From assembly GCF_001194135.2 (NCBI RefSeq), contig NC_068988.1, positions 73,220,008 through 73,284,007 of the forward strand: 64,000 nt of DNA. Reading direction: 5' to 3'. The DNA is from Octopus bimaculoides. Taxonomy: Eukaryota. Both the position numbers and the translations under genes were made by a program. The notes below the pieces were generated by a model. That model ran no database searches. It had not been told where the DNA came from and saw only the letters and a program-made list of their open reading frames with translations. The number at the start of each line of letters is the position of its first letter. Within the stretch, counting starts at the first letter, position 1. This document shows, piece after piece, positions 1 to 11,730 of this stretch.

Positions 1-51
<51 letters not shown>

Positions 52-53
<2 letters not shown>

Positions 54-283
54 AGGTGCATTCCACAAATTTTGAGACTTTTGAGAAGTGATATTTGTTA
101 ATTTCAAAGAAGTACAAAATTCTAATCTCCTCCTTCAAAGTAGGTTCCTCTGAGTTCATCCTGGAGCAAAAATGTTGGCAGGTTAGCTTATTAGATATAT
201 AGTAATGATATACTAAAATTACAATAATCTAGGTTAGATATGACTGCGTCTAAAAAAAGTCAAAACTTCTGGAATGCACCTCA
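52..283. mobile_element. Tc1/mariner-type MITE
   Basis: Imperfect ~30-bp TIRs (caaggtgcattccacaaattttgagactttt vs reverse complement of aaaaaagtcaaaacttctggaatgcacctca). TA at the right end; the left TA is absorbed into the (AC)n tract. Confidence 0.7.
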
Positions 284-559
284 TACACATGCGCGTGCAC
301 ACACACATGTGGTTATGATTTTAAACTGTACCTGCTAGTGGGGCCTTGGTATGAAAGTTCCATGTATTGAGGAGTGTGAAACCATCGCTCAGCTATTATC
401 GTTCTCAAGTTTACTCTGATCCAGAGTAGTAGCAGCTGTTATGATTTCAGTTGTGGATTAATTAGCATGTGAATCACTGAGAGTGAAGGACTCCTGGTTC
501 TTGTTAGAACTTCCTTCCAGGAGAAGGTAAACTTCCTGAAGTACAGTTCGTGCATAGGA

Positions 560-1260
560 ACTTCTTAGAGTCTTGGAATATGTAAGCTATAGACATAAGA
601 AATGTAGTGGAATCTCAGGAAGGTTAACAGAGTAAGTAGTCTTAGTGTGTGGTAGTTGATATGTAGGTACAGTAAACACTAAGAACACAAAGGAAATATA
701 TTTCTTCTGATGCCTAGGAGTTCATTAGAGGTAATAAATAGATTCCATTATCTAGGTGAACAAATTAGCAGTGGAGAAAGTTGGTCTGAAGTTGCTAGAA
801 TTAGTTATAACCTTTGTTGATAATAAAGGGTCTCTTCCACAGAGTGAAAGGCATATTGTATGATGCTTGTGTATGAACAGTTATGCTGTAGCATAACTGT
901 TCATACTGTATATGGTAAGTGAAACATGGGCCATGAATAGAGAGGACATGCAAAGGCTCAAAAAAGAAGGAAGCTAGCATGTTTAGCTGGATGTTCAATG
1001 CCCGTGTGCTTGAACCACAATGTGTAAATGTTTTAAGACAAAAATTGGGTATAAGAAGCATCAGATGTAGTGTGCAAGAGAGGTGCTGATCTCTAAGTCT
1101 GAAGGTAATCTGTAGAAGAGGAAGGTCTAGGAAGACATGGGGTGAAGTGGTGAAAAATGATCTTGAGCTGACAGATGAGATGACAAGGAACTGAGATAAT
1201 TGGTGATTTTGTGCTTGAGAAGACCCATTCAGCTAAGTCAAATTGAAGCCTTAAAGGCAT
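560..1260 (+). mobile_element. Degraded RTE-clade LINE, 3' part of ORF
   Basis: Frameshifted motifs KKCSGISGRLTE (Cys/His-rich segment), SLEVINRFHYLG, ETWAMNREDMQRL and EASM..WM. Homologous to the copies at 10822 and 57890. Confidence 0.75.
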
Positions 1261-1282
1261 GTCGTTTATGTTCAAGACCCCA

Positions 1283-2170
1283 CATATGCACTGAGGCTTC
1301 TCCAGCTGGTTCTTATTCTAGTGACTTCACTTTCAGATTCTCCTCCACTACTAATTATGTCACCTAGTTTAACAGAAACTACCTAACACCTGTAAGGACC
1401 CTCCTGGGCATTTGAGAAATTCAATTTACTGTGTATTCTTAGTGTTTATTGTTCCTGCATACCTGCCACACACAAAGGCTGCATTCTCTGTTAACCATCC
1501 TGTGATTTCACTGCATCTCTTACGTGTCCATAGATTGCATTGGGTACACTGTATGGAATTTCTACCAACGCTTTTTCTATATATTGAGCAGGGCCATTTC
1601 TCTGAAGGGATGATAAGTGGTTTGTCTGCTTTCCTGATTACTAGGATTTTGGTCTTTGCTAAGTTAACTTTAAGGCCCTTTGAATCTAGGCTTTGCTTCC
1701 ATACTTGGATTTTCTTTTCTTATTCTACTTCTTATTCTTATTCAGTTATAAGACCAAGGTCATAAAGGAGCTCCCTTGGGTAACCAGTCTTAAGCTCCTC
1801 TTTTATAGACTGGAGGACTGATAAATAAAAAAGAACTGAAAACTACATTAAATTCATTACTATATTCATTGCTAACTCTCACCTTATTGACAGCACCCCT
1901 ATACATGACTTGGATGGCTCTCACCAGTCATTCATCTACCCATAGCTTCTGCAGTGACTAGCAGATGAGGGAGTAAGGGACCCTGTCAAAAGCTTTCTCC
2001 ATATTGACAAGTGCCAAGTACAGCTGTTTATTTTTTGTCAAGTGCTTCTCCTGCTGTTGTTTTACTAGGAAGAGAGCATTAGCAGTGCTTCTCCATGGCA
2101 CAAAAGCAAACTGCATCACATCTAAGTTAACTCTCTTCCTAATTAGTTGAACAGCCTTTTCTGTAATTTT
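1283..2170 (-). mobile_element. Degraded RTE-clade LINE with internal deletion (RT fragment)
   Basis: Minus-strand QFAFVPWRSTANALFLVKQQQEK..LALVNMEKAFDRVP (RT), then NSIQCTQCNLW..KRCS and SLQVLGSFC.LGDIISSGG. Confidence 0.8.
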
Positions 2171-3843
2171 CATGACCTGGTTCAGCCATAAATTGTTTGC
2201 CATCAACTCCTCATTAACCACTGTCATCATTACCATTAACTCTACCAACGTTTTTGCTACAACAAACTATTACATTTCTCAGCATATGTGTGTATGCATG
2301 ATCATGTTATGGTTATACATCTGTATTGATTTATCAGCGTTTCTTTTTTTACCCTTTTTCTCCTATCTTTCACTGTTACCACCTCAACTAACACTTGTTA
2401 CAACTTCTCTCTCTGCCTCTATCTTGCATGACATTCACTGTTCTCTCCACCATCACAATAACAAGAATTCTCACTTTTCACTAAGGATTTTGCTAGTAGA
2501 AGTTCAATATATTGGTGATGGTGAGTTTCATAATCTAGTATGTCATAACTACACTAAAGACTATTTTCATGTTGCATGTCTAGAACAAGTTAACTTGTTA
2601 GAGCCCATTTCTCTGTTAACTATATCACAAGAGTTGAACACAGCTCTAAATTAATGAAACTACTTATAGTAGTGAGCTGTTATGCTGTAATATATAATTA
2701 CAGCTGGGAGAAGAGGGTAGTTTGAGAGTTAAGTATTTTCAACCAATGTGAACTGTAAACATATCAGCTGTACTCTATCAACACAAGCATCATTCTTGAT
2801 TGATACAACCTTCAAGTTTCAAAATATATTGATCTACACTCAGAAGTAGAATCACTGTCAGTATAAAAGCAACTGAAACCATCATAACTGGAGATCATTT
2901 GAATAATTTACTGAATTGTGAAAAGAAAAAGAAATTTAGTATCAAAGATAAATGCAAAAATGAATCAAAAGATGAAAATTTAACAAGAGTGAGGAACACT
3001 ATGGGAACTGCTGCTCTAGTTACAAGTGGCTTCTTCTTGTTGCTGCAACTATATTAGTTACTACTGCTTTTCAATCCAGTTGTAGTTGTAACAGGCATAG
3101 AAAAAACTAATTTTTGTGAGATTTACATCAATGAAGGATGGAAATGAGTGTGTGAAGTCTCATATGTGGGATCCTCCTCAGTTTGATATGTTAGCATGAA
3201 TTGTACAGATGAATGAGACAGCACCTACTATATATCTGGGTTCTCTTATTTCACCTGTTAGGCTGAGGGAATTTTTGAGCCTGAATCTAAATATTTTTTC
3301 CTTGTTTTCATTTGTAATGGAACATCCATATCATACAACATCAAGGCAAGGAAGCATTACATCTGTATACATATGTACATACATATATATTTAGAAAGTT
3401 GTTTGTTAAGGCCAGTTAGAGAGTGACCATTGGTTTCACATCTATAAAACACTTAGCTATATAAGTGACTCACCAAACGTAAATGGCTGGAGGCATATAA
3501 CTTCTCTATAGCTGGATGGAGGAAAATGTCATGGTTAGTTAACTGTGTAAAGAAAAAAACTCCAGAACAAAACTCTTGCAGTTATGCTGAAGATGGCTGA
3601 TGATAGCAGCATTTCCCTAGTTGGTAAATGAGGAATTCAATGTTTTCAACATGAATTTCCTCTGATGAGGGCAGTGGCTAAACATCTCATTTTGGAATTT
3701 AAAAAGGTCCCTGGGTCAAGTGAGTTTTTCAGGATTCTTGCTCTTTTGACTAAACAAAACTTACGTCTTTTGCTCCCACTGAGGTATGGTCCTAGTTCTT
3801 GTAGCCTTCATTTAATTATGTGTGGCATACCCTCCTCTTTTAA

Positions 3844-4062
3844 CCCTTTCGTTACCACCCTGGCTGAAACTGGCTCTGGCTCTGAGTACAAATGTCTTTT
3901 TACATAAGTTTTCAATTAAAATCTTCCACCAAACCTTAGTCACAATTTATGTTCCTACCACTAGCCGAATGATAACTAAGTTATTTTACTAAATTCTTTG
4001 TTATATTCAAAGTAATTGAAAGAAACACAGAGCATCTCAAAATAAATACAGTAACAAAAGGG
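3844..4062. mobile_element. piggyBac-type MITE
   Basis: TTAA|CCCTTTCGTTAC ... GTAACAAAAGGG|TTAA; TTAA TSD at 3840-3843 and 4063-4066. Second copy at 56103-56305. Confidence 0.85.
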
Positions 4063-4179
4063 TTAAAGCTGGCTAGGGATGTGATGTTGCACCTCTCTGG
4101 AATCCTAAAGGAGAACCTGTGATTGCTAAGATGCTGTTCAAATGGGCTGTCTGTAGATCTAACATTTCCATGTCTGTGC

Positions 4180-4520
4180 CCTTGTGGTGTGTTACAGCTG
4201 CTGATGTTGCCATCATTATCGCTGCTGATACTATTGTCACTTTCAGACCCATTGCTACTGCTGCTGCTACTGCTGGTATCACTACCATTGTTGCTGTTAT
4301 TGCTGGACACCGTTCTGGTGCTGCAGTTGCTGGCAACAAGGCTGCTAGATGCATTGCTGTTATTACTGCCATAGCTGCTGCTGCTGCTGGTGTAACTACC
4401 ACCAACATCATTGCAATTGCTGTCACTGTTGTTGTTATCAGCAGGTGTGTTGTTGGTGTTGTTGCTGTTGCTGCTAACACTGCCACTGCCGTCATCAGTG
4501 CTGGTCACCTCCTCAATCTC
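4180..4520. repeat. Degenerate trinucleotide low-complexity tract (GCT/GTT/ACT)
   Basis: Cryptic triplet simplicity; explains the Ala/Thr/Ser/Asn ORFs seen in several frames. Confidence 0.8.
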
Positions 4521-4624
4521 ATACACTACACCTTCAGAATTGCATTGACACCCTCCCTACTGGACACACATTGTCAACCCTGCATAGGCATCCAGCCTCT
4601 GTGTATGGTTTAGGCATGCTCACT

Positions 4625-5110
4625 AATATTTTTTAATGCTGGGTTCACAACTGAAAAAGACAGAAAATTTCTTTACTGGAGAATAGGCTCAAAATCTTAC
4701 TGACACCCTTCACTATGTTCTTGAACTCGTGAGGTGGGTGACAGGAGGGTGTATTAATGCATGACAGCCTTTTGTTTGTTTTGCAGTAGGGCTTGTATGA
4801 AGAGGTACTCAAGTCCAATGTAATATCTAGAAAGTTAATAATAGTAAGGTTGGTCTCAGTTGTAATACCAAGTCCAAGGGAGCTAAGGGTGCAAATTAGG
4901 TCCTTCCTAAGCCTATCTAGAGTATACCTGCTAGTACCTCTAGAGATAACTAAAGTGTCATCTCTGTATAGACCAAAAAGAACTGACAGGAACCTCTCCA
5001 TTAAGATGTCCAGTATATACAGCCTATGTGGTTGTGGACATCTAAGCTGTTGAAAGCTTCCATCACCACATTGAAAAAGCTTACTGGGTCAGTTTGTTTG
5101 ACCTAAGATG
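4625..5110 (-). mobile_element. Penelope-like element (PLE), reverse transcriptase fragment
   Basis: ORF 4645-5001: GLYRDD, NFLDITLDL, YKPY.K.N, S.HPP; upstream NVVMES..LYIL matches the PLE RT core. Confidence 0.85.
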
Positions 5111-5229
5111 AACCTTTATTGAACGGCAGTATTTTCCTAGCTATATATATATATATATATATTATACATACATACACACATATATAAATATATATGTGTG
5201 TGTATGTAATATATATATAATATATAGAA

Positions 5230-5400
5230 GGTAGTGAGCTAGCAGAATCGTTAGCACACTGGGCGAAATGCTTAGCGGTATTTTGTCTGTCTTTACATTC
5301 TGAGTTCAAATTTTGCCAAGGTCAACTTTGCCTTTCATTCTTTTGGGGTCGATAAATTAAGTATCAATTTCAGGCCTTGTGCCTAGAGTAGAGAAGAATA
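5230..5400 (+). mobile_element. SINE family A, internally deleted copy
   Basis: gagctagcagaatcgttagc head, gagttcaaatt B-box-like motif and ctttgcctttcattcttttggggtcgataaa core, shared with copies at 10056, 25303 and 61213. Confidence 0.8.
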
Positions 5401-5410
5401 TATAGTATAT

Positions 5411-5805
5411 AGGTGCAGGCGTGGCTGTGTTGTAAGAAGCCTGCTTCCCAACCACGGTTCTGGGTTCAGTCCCACTGCGCGGCACCTTAGGCAAGTGTCT
5501 TCTGCTATAGCCTCAGGGCAACCAAAGCCTTGTGAGTGGATTTGGTATATGGAAACTGAAAGAAGCCTGTCATATATATATATATATATATATAGGTATG
5601 TGTGTCTGTTTGTCGCCCCACCATCACCTGACAACTGATGTTGGTGTGTTTACGTACCCGTAACTTAGCGGTTCAACAAAAGAAACTGAGAAAATAAGTA
5701 CTAGGCTTACAAAGAATAAGTTCTAGGGTTGATTTGTTCAACTAAAGGCAGTGCTCCAGTATAGCCACAATCAGATAACTGAAACAAGTAAAAGAATAAA
5801 GGAAT
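5411..5805 (+). mobile_element. SINE family B (tRNA-derived), full length
   Basis: ggtgcaggcgtggctgtgttgtaagaag head, ggttcagtccc B-box-like motif, internal (AT)n, 3' aaaagaataa tail; multiple homologues in the window. Confidence 0.85.
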
Positions 5806-5820
5806 ATAATTTATACATAT

Positions 5821-5985
5821 AGGCACAGGCATGTCTGTGTGGTAAGAAACTCGCTTCCCAACCACATGCTTCCAGGTTCAGTTCCATTGCGTAGCACTTT
5901 GAGCAAGTGTCTTCTACTATAGCCTCAGGCCGACCAAAGCCTTGCGAATGGATTTGGTAAATAGAAACTGAAAGAAGCCTGTCCT
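5821..5985 (+). mobile_element. SINE family B, 5' half
   Basis: Direct homology to 5411-5575. Confidence 0.8.
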
Positions 5986-6019
5986 ATGTATATATATAAA
6001 AATGAGAATGTATGTCTGT

Positions 6020-8511
6020 GTGTCTGTGTGCTTCCCTAAAGCTCAAGAACTACACAACCAATTTCATTCAAATTTTACACATGCCTTACTTAGGGTCCCG
6101 GTTGTGTTTTAGTCAAAAAAATTTGTAACATCTTGCATAGTTCAAGACCACAGCAACATCATATCTCCTCCACTATTTAAGTATTACGTGTCAAAAGTGA
6201 AACAAAAACACTCACTTTAAAAATGAAACTATTCCACTAACTGAAACAATCACATTTCGATACTGTAATGACAGATACTTTCACTTTAATGGTTTCATTT
6301 TCATACTGAATCTACTACAGTGAAACTATACTCTCACATATATACAGGCATACATACATATATACATACATGAATATATATATATCTACACAAATGTATA
6401 CATATNNNNNNNNNNNNNNNNNNNNNNNNNNNNNNNNNNNNNNNNNNNNNNNNNNNNNNNNNNNNNNNNNNNNNNNNNNNNNNNNNNNNNNNNNNNNNNN
6501 NNNNNNNNNNNNNNNNNNNNNNNNNNNNNNNNNNNNNNNNNNNNNNNNNNNNNNNNNNNNNNNNNNNNNNNNNNNNNNNNNNNNNNNNNNNNNNNNNNNN
6601 NNNNNNNNNNNNNNNNNNNNNNNNNNNNNNNNNNNNNNNNNNNNNNNNNNNNNNNNNNNNNNNNNNNNNNNNNNNNNNNNNNNNNNNNNNNNNNNNNNNN
6701 NNNNNNNNNNNNNNNNNNNNNNNNNNNNNNNNNNNNNNNNNNNNNNNNNNNNNNNNNNNNNNNNNNNNNNNNNNNNNNNNNNNNNNNNNNNNNNNNNNNN
6801 NNNNNNNNNNNNNNNNNNNNNNNNNNNNNNNNNNNNNNNNNNNNNNNNNNNNNNNNNNNNNNNNNNNNNNNNNNNNNNNNNNNNNNNNNNNNNNNNNNNN
6901 NNNNNNNNNNNNNNNNNNNNNNNNNNNNNNNNNNNNNNNNNNNNNNNNNNNNNNNNNNNNNNNNNNNNNNNNNNNNNNNNNNNNNNNNNNNNNNNNNNNN
7001 NNNNNNNNNNNNNNNNNNNNNNNNNNNNNNNNNNNNNNNNNNNNNNNNNNNNNNNNNNNNNNNNNNNNNNNNNNNNNNNNNNNNNNNNNNNNNNNNNNNN
7101 NNNNNNNNNNNNNNNNNNNNNNNNNNNNNNNNNNNNNNNNNNNNNNNNNNNNNNNNNNNNNNNNNNNNNNNNNNNNNNNNNNNNNNNNNNNNNNNNNNNN
7201 NNNNNNNNNNNNNNNNNNNNNNNNNNNNNNNNNNNNNNNNNNNNNNNNNNNNNNNNNNNNNNNNNNNNNNNNNNNNNNNNNNNNNNNNNNNNNNTTCATT
7301 TCCCTTTACTCCAAACGTCACACGTTGTTATTTCAATTGGGTCATGCCCTTCCAATTGCTATTGATCTGTAATGCATCTTACAGATGTGCCTGTCAGCTG
7401 TATGGTGAGGAATCCTACATTGGGGAGTAGTAATGACTAGGCTAGGGTAGCTGACTGATTATCGTGATCATTTGTCTTTTGGTTTCCTGTAGCTTTACTC
7501 TCTTTTACAAACCCAGTGAACATACATATATTTCCTATTTCGAAGAAATTCAAACAATACATATTACACCCAAGTTAAAAACATTCCCAACAATTCAACT
7601 TCTCTGGTTGACATTAACACACCCAACCCCAATAGGGGCCTTAACTCCCACATTTTTCAGCTCCATGAGCTCCAGTTTTCAGGAGCAAAATCCTTTTTAC
7701 AGAGTCCATAACACTGGAATTTTGGAATGTGTGCATAAATATCAGATGTATAACGATGATAATGTGCGTCTGTGTGAATTCCTAAAACTCGAGAACTACA
7801 CAACCAATTTCATTCCAAATTAACACGTGCCTTACTTAGGGTCCATGTAGTGTCTTAAGCCAAAAAATTTCTTAACTTCTTGCATAGTTCAAGCCCACAG
7901 CAATATCATATCTCCTCCACTATTTCAGTATTACATGTCAAAAATGAAACAATAACATCACTCTACTTTAATGTCAGATACTTTCACTTTAACATTGAAA
8001 CTATTCCACTATTTCAGTATTACCTGTCAAAAGTGAAACAATAACATGTCGCTATTGTAATTTCAAATACTTTCACTTTAATACTTTCGATTTCATACTG
8101 AAACTATTAAAGTGAGACTATACTCTCACATATATACAGGCATACTATAAGACCCAAGTTAAAAACATTCCCAACAATTCAACTTCTCTGGTTGACATTA
8201 ACACACCCACCCCCAATAGGGGCCTTCATTCCCACATTTTAGAGCTCCATGAGCTCCATTTTTCAGGAGCAAAATCCTTTTTACAGGTTCCAGAAGACTG
8301 AAATTTTGGAATATGCACATAAAGATCAATAGTATGGGATACATGTCTCATGATTAGAATTTTTTAGGGTGTATAAAGAGAGAAAGAATCTTCATGTGCA
8401 ATTTTGATGAAATTTGAATCATATGTATTCCAGTTCCTTACAGAAAATATAACAGAAAAATCTCATTCTTCAATTGCATGTAACACGGGCAACGCCGGGT
8501 ATCTCTGCTAG
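6020..8511 (+). mobile_element. Non-autonomous Helitron with internally repeated blocks (spans an N-gap)
   Basis: 3' end cgggcaacgccgggtatctctgCTAG|t at 8508-8511 (GC-rich mini-hairpin plus CTAG). Block A at 6036 and 7781; block B at 7567 and 8152. Confidence 0.65.
6406..7294. other. Assembly gap (N run)
   Basis: N bases. Other large gaps are at 15368-16109, 39905-40082 and 56731-57270, plus several small ones, usually beside microsatellites. Confidence 1.
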
Positions 8512-8544
8512 TATATAATAAATATATATGTATGTACATTTATG

Positions 8545-8775
8545 TGTGTGTGTCTTTGTGTCTGTGTTTGTTCCCCCACCATAACTTGACAGCTGATGTT
8601 GGTGTGTTTACATCCCATAACTTAGTAGTTTGGCGAAAGAGACTGATAGAATAAGTACTAGATTTAGAAAGAATAAGTCCTGGGGTCAATTTCTTCGACT
8701 AAAATCTTTTAAGATAGTGCTCCAGCATGACTGCAGTACAATGACTGAAATATGTAAATGAATAAATGAATAAAC
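8545..8775 (+). mobile_element. SINE family B, 3' half
   Basis: Homologous to 5595-5805. Confidence 0.8.
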
Positions 8776-8969
8776 AAAGATACATATATAATCTTTAATA
8801 TATGTATGTATAATATATATATGAATTTATAAGATATAATATATATATAGGAGAAGAAAATGGATATAATAACATTGGGAAGCTCATGGTTTTCGCTGGT
8901 ATGTCTTTAATTAATTAGATAACAAAGAAGGAAGAAGCAGAGATGAAGGTAGCATTTATGATCGTTTAT

Positions 8970-9080
8970 ATATATATAAATACACACATATATATAAATA
9001 CCCACATATATATAAATACCCACATATNNNNNNNNNNACATATATATAAATACCCACATATATATAAATACCCACATATA
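8970..9080. repeat. 18-bp minisatellite (tatatataaatacccaca)n
   Basis: At least 5 units, interrupted by a short N run. Confidence 0.85.
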
Positions 9081-10055
9081 AAAATAATGATGATGATGAT
9101 GAGCCAGCATGGAACAAGGACATTAAATGATGCTGATGGTGATGATGATATATATATATATATCTTTATTTGTATAAAAATTTATTTATGAGGGTAGAAA
9201 TTGATATTAATCAATTTGAACCAGTGGTCTAGCATATTAAAACAATCCGAAGATCTAGCATATTTGTATGTAATATCTTTATTTGTATATATATATATAT
9301 GCTGCTTAGCACACTGGGCTCTAAGTTTACTTGACTAGTTCAGTCGATTGCTACTCTGTTCAATGTAATGTTGGCTATCTTTAGGTCATCTTGAAATGAC
9401 CAGTGCCAAGTGATCTTTGGCCTGCCCCTTTTACGCCTGCTGTCTGGTGGTATTCTAATCATGGGTGTTTTCAAGTACTGTTGTTTACACACACACACAC
9501 ACACACACATACACACACGCAACGTATTTTTAAATGTATGTTTGTGTACGTATTTGTATATTTGAATATATATACCTGCATATAATGTTTGAGTTTATAC
9601 TTTCTTTTGTGTTTCATTTTCTTTTTCTCTCACTTCATAAAAAACTGTTATAGATAAGAATGAAGCACAACACAATCTTAGACACATACTCATACAAACT
9701 TATACACACCCACACACACCACAATATGTCACACAGCCAATCACATATTTGGTGTTAAAATTCAAGTGTATCAAGAATGTCTCCCTCCCTCTCTCTATAT
9801 ATTAAGTTTGTGACAAGTATTCATTTCTGTAATGTAAAACTCAGTTTTTATTTTTTTTTCCCACTTATTCACAATAGGTCACTGGGGAGCACTTTATTGC
9901 ATTCTGTTACAGAGATGTAATATCTATTTATTTTACTGTTTTGCTGTTGTTCTTATGATGATTATTGTTTGATGCATTAATTTTGATCTTTTAATCTTCA
10001 TTTTTTTAATAATTATATATTTTTATAAAATATAATTTATTATAATAATTATAAT

Positions 10056-10266
10056 AATTCTTTCTACTATAGGCACAAGGCCTCAAATTTTGTGGGATGG
10101 GGACTAGTTAATTACTTCAACCCCAGTGTTCAATTGATATTCATTTTTTTCAACCCCAAAAGGATGAAAGACAAAGTAGACCTCAGCAGAATTTGAACTC
10201 AGAATGTAAAGATGGGCTAAATGGTGCTAAGCATTTTGTCCAGTATGCTGACGATTCTGCCAGCTA
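10056..10266 (-). mobile_element. SINE family A
   Basis: Reverse-complement homology to 25303-25520. Confidence 0.8.
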
Positions 10267-10442
10267 ATGGTTTCAAATTATGGCACAAAGCTTATATGTA
10301 TGTATGTATATATATNNNNNNNNNNNNNNNNNNNNNNNNNNNNNNNNNNNNNNNNNNNNNNNNNNNNNNNNNNNNNNNNNNNNNNNNNNNNNNNNNNNNN
10401 NNNNNNNNNNNNNNNNNNNNNNNNNNNNNNNNNNNNNNNTAT

Positions 10443-10626
10443 CTTTTATTCTTTTACTTGTTTCAGTACCGCTGGAGCACCGCCTTAAAGCATTTTACTT
10501 GAAAAAAATCAACTCCAGGACTTATTCTTTGTAAGCCTAGTACTTATTCTATCAGTCACTTTGGCTGGACCACTAAGTTACAGGGACATAAACACACCTA
10601 CATCAGTTGTCAAGCAATGGCAGGGA

Positions 10627-10665
<39 letters not shown>

Positions 10666-10812
10666 CTATACATATATGACAGGCTTTTTTCAGTTTCTGT
10701 CTACCAAATTCACTCACAAGGCTTTGGTTAGCCTGAAGCTATAGTAGAAAACATTTGCCCAAGGTGCCACACAGTGGGACTGAACCCGGAACATGTAGTT
10801 GGGAAGCCATGC
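10443..10812 (-). mobile_element. SINE family B, slightly 5'-truncated
   Basis: Reverse-complement homology to 5411-5805 with an internal (AC)n. Confidence 0.85.
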
Positions 10813-10821
10813 ATATATGTA

Positions 10822-11730
10822 GATAGTGAAAGGTAGATTGTTTGATGCTTGTATGTGAACAGCCATGCTACATGGTGGTGAAACATCGGCTCTGGCTGCT
10901 GAGGACATGCGTAGGTTTGAAAGAAATGAAGCTAGTATGCTTCGCTGGATGTGTAATGTCAGTGTGCCTGCCTGACAGAGTGTACGCATCTTAAGAAAAA
11001 AGTTGGGCATAAGAGTCATCAGATGTGGTGTACCATACTGTACTGGTATGGTCATGTGATGCATATGGATGAGAACAGCTGTGTGAAGAAGTGCTGAACT
11101 CTAATGGTGGAGGGAACCTATGAAAGAGGTAGACCCAGGAAGGCATGGGACAAAGTGGCGAAGCATGATTTTCAAACATTGGGCTTCATGGAGGCAATGA
11201 CAAGTGACCGAGACCTCTGGCGATATGCTGTGCTTGATAAGTCCCATCAAGCCAAGTGAAATCATAGTTGTGGCCAATGCCAGTGTCATGTAACGTACAT
11301 AAAAAGCACCCTTGAATGTTGGGTGATATGCTGTGCTTAAGAAGCCCCATCAAGTTAAGTAAAATCGTAGTCATGGCTGATGTCAATGTCATGTAACTGG
11401 CACCCATACTGGTGGTGTGTAAAAAGCACTGTTTGAACATTGGGCTTCATGTAGGCAGTGACAAGTGACCAAGACCTTTAGTGGTATACCGTGCTTGAAA
11501 AAACCTTTCAAGCCAAGTGAGATCATTGTCGTGGCCAATGCTGGTGTTGCGAAACTGGCATGTAAAAAGTACCCACAACATTATTGGAGTGGTTGGTGTT
11601 AGGAAGGGCATCCAGCTATATAAACTATGCCAATGAGATTTGAACCTGGTACAGCTCCCCAGCTTACCAGTTTTCAGTCAAATCATCTAACCCATGCCAG
11701 CATGGAAAATGGACGTTAAATGATGATGAT
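10822..11730 (+). mobile_element. RTE-clade LINE 3' end with (GAT)n tail
   Basis: VKGRLFDACM.TAMLHGGET..AEDMRRFERNEASMLRWMCNVSV, an iterated 3' segment, ttaggaagggcatccagc and a tgatgatgat tail. Confidence 0.85.

Noticed and set aside
3655-3695. ctgatgagggcagtggctaaacatc, a hammerhead-like core
   Set aside because: GAAA is absent and neither stem I nor stem III can be formed convincingly.
3981-4613. Several 80-180 aa ORFs on both strands
   Set aside because: Products of degenerate trinucleotide simplicity; no domain or splice context.
6334-7365. Long ORFs of X residues (also at 15247-16233, 39811-40152 and 56477-57388)
   Set aside because: Artefacts of N-gaps and flanking microsatellites.
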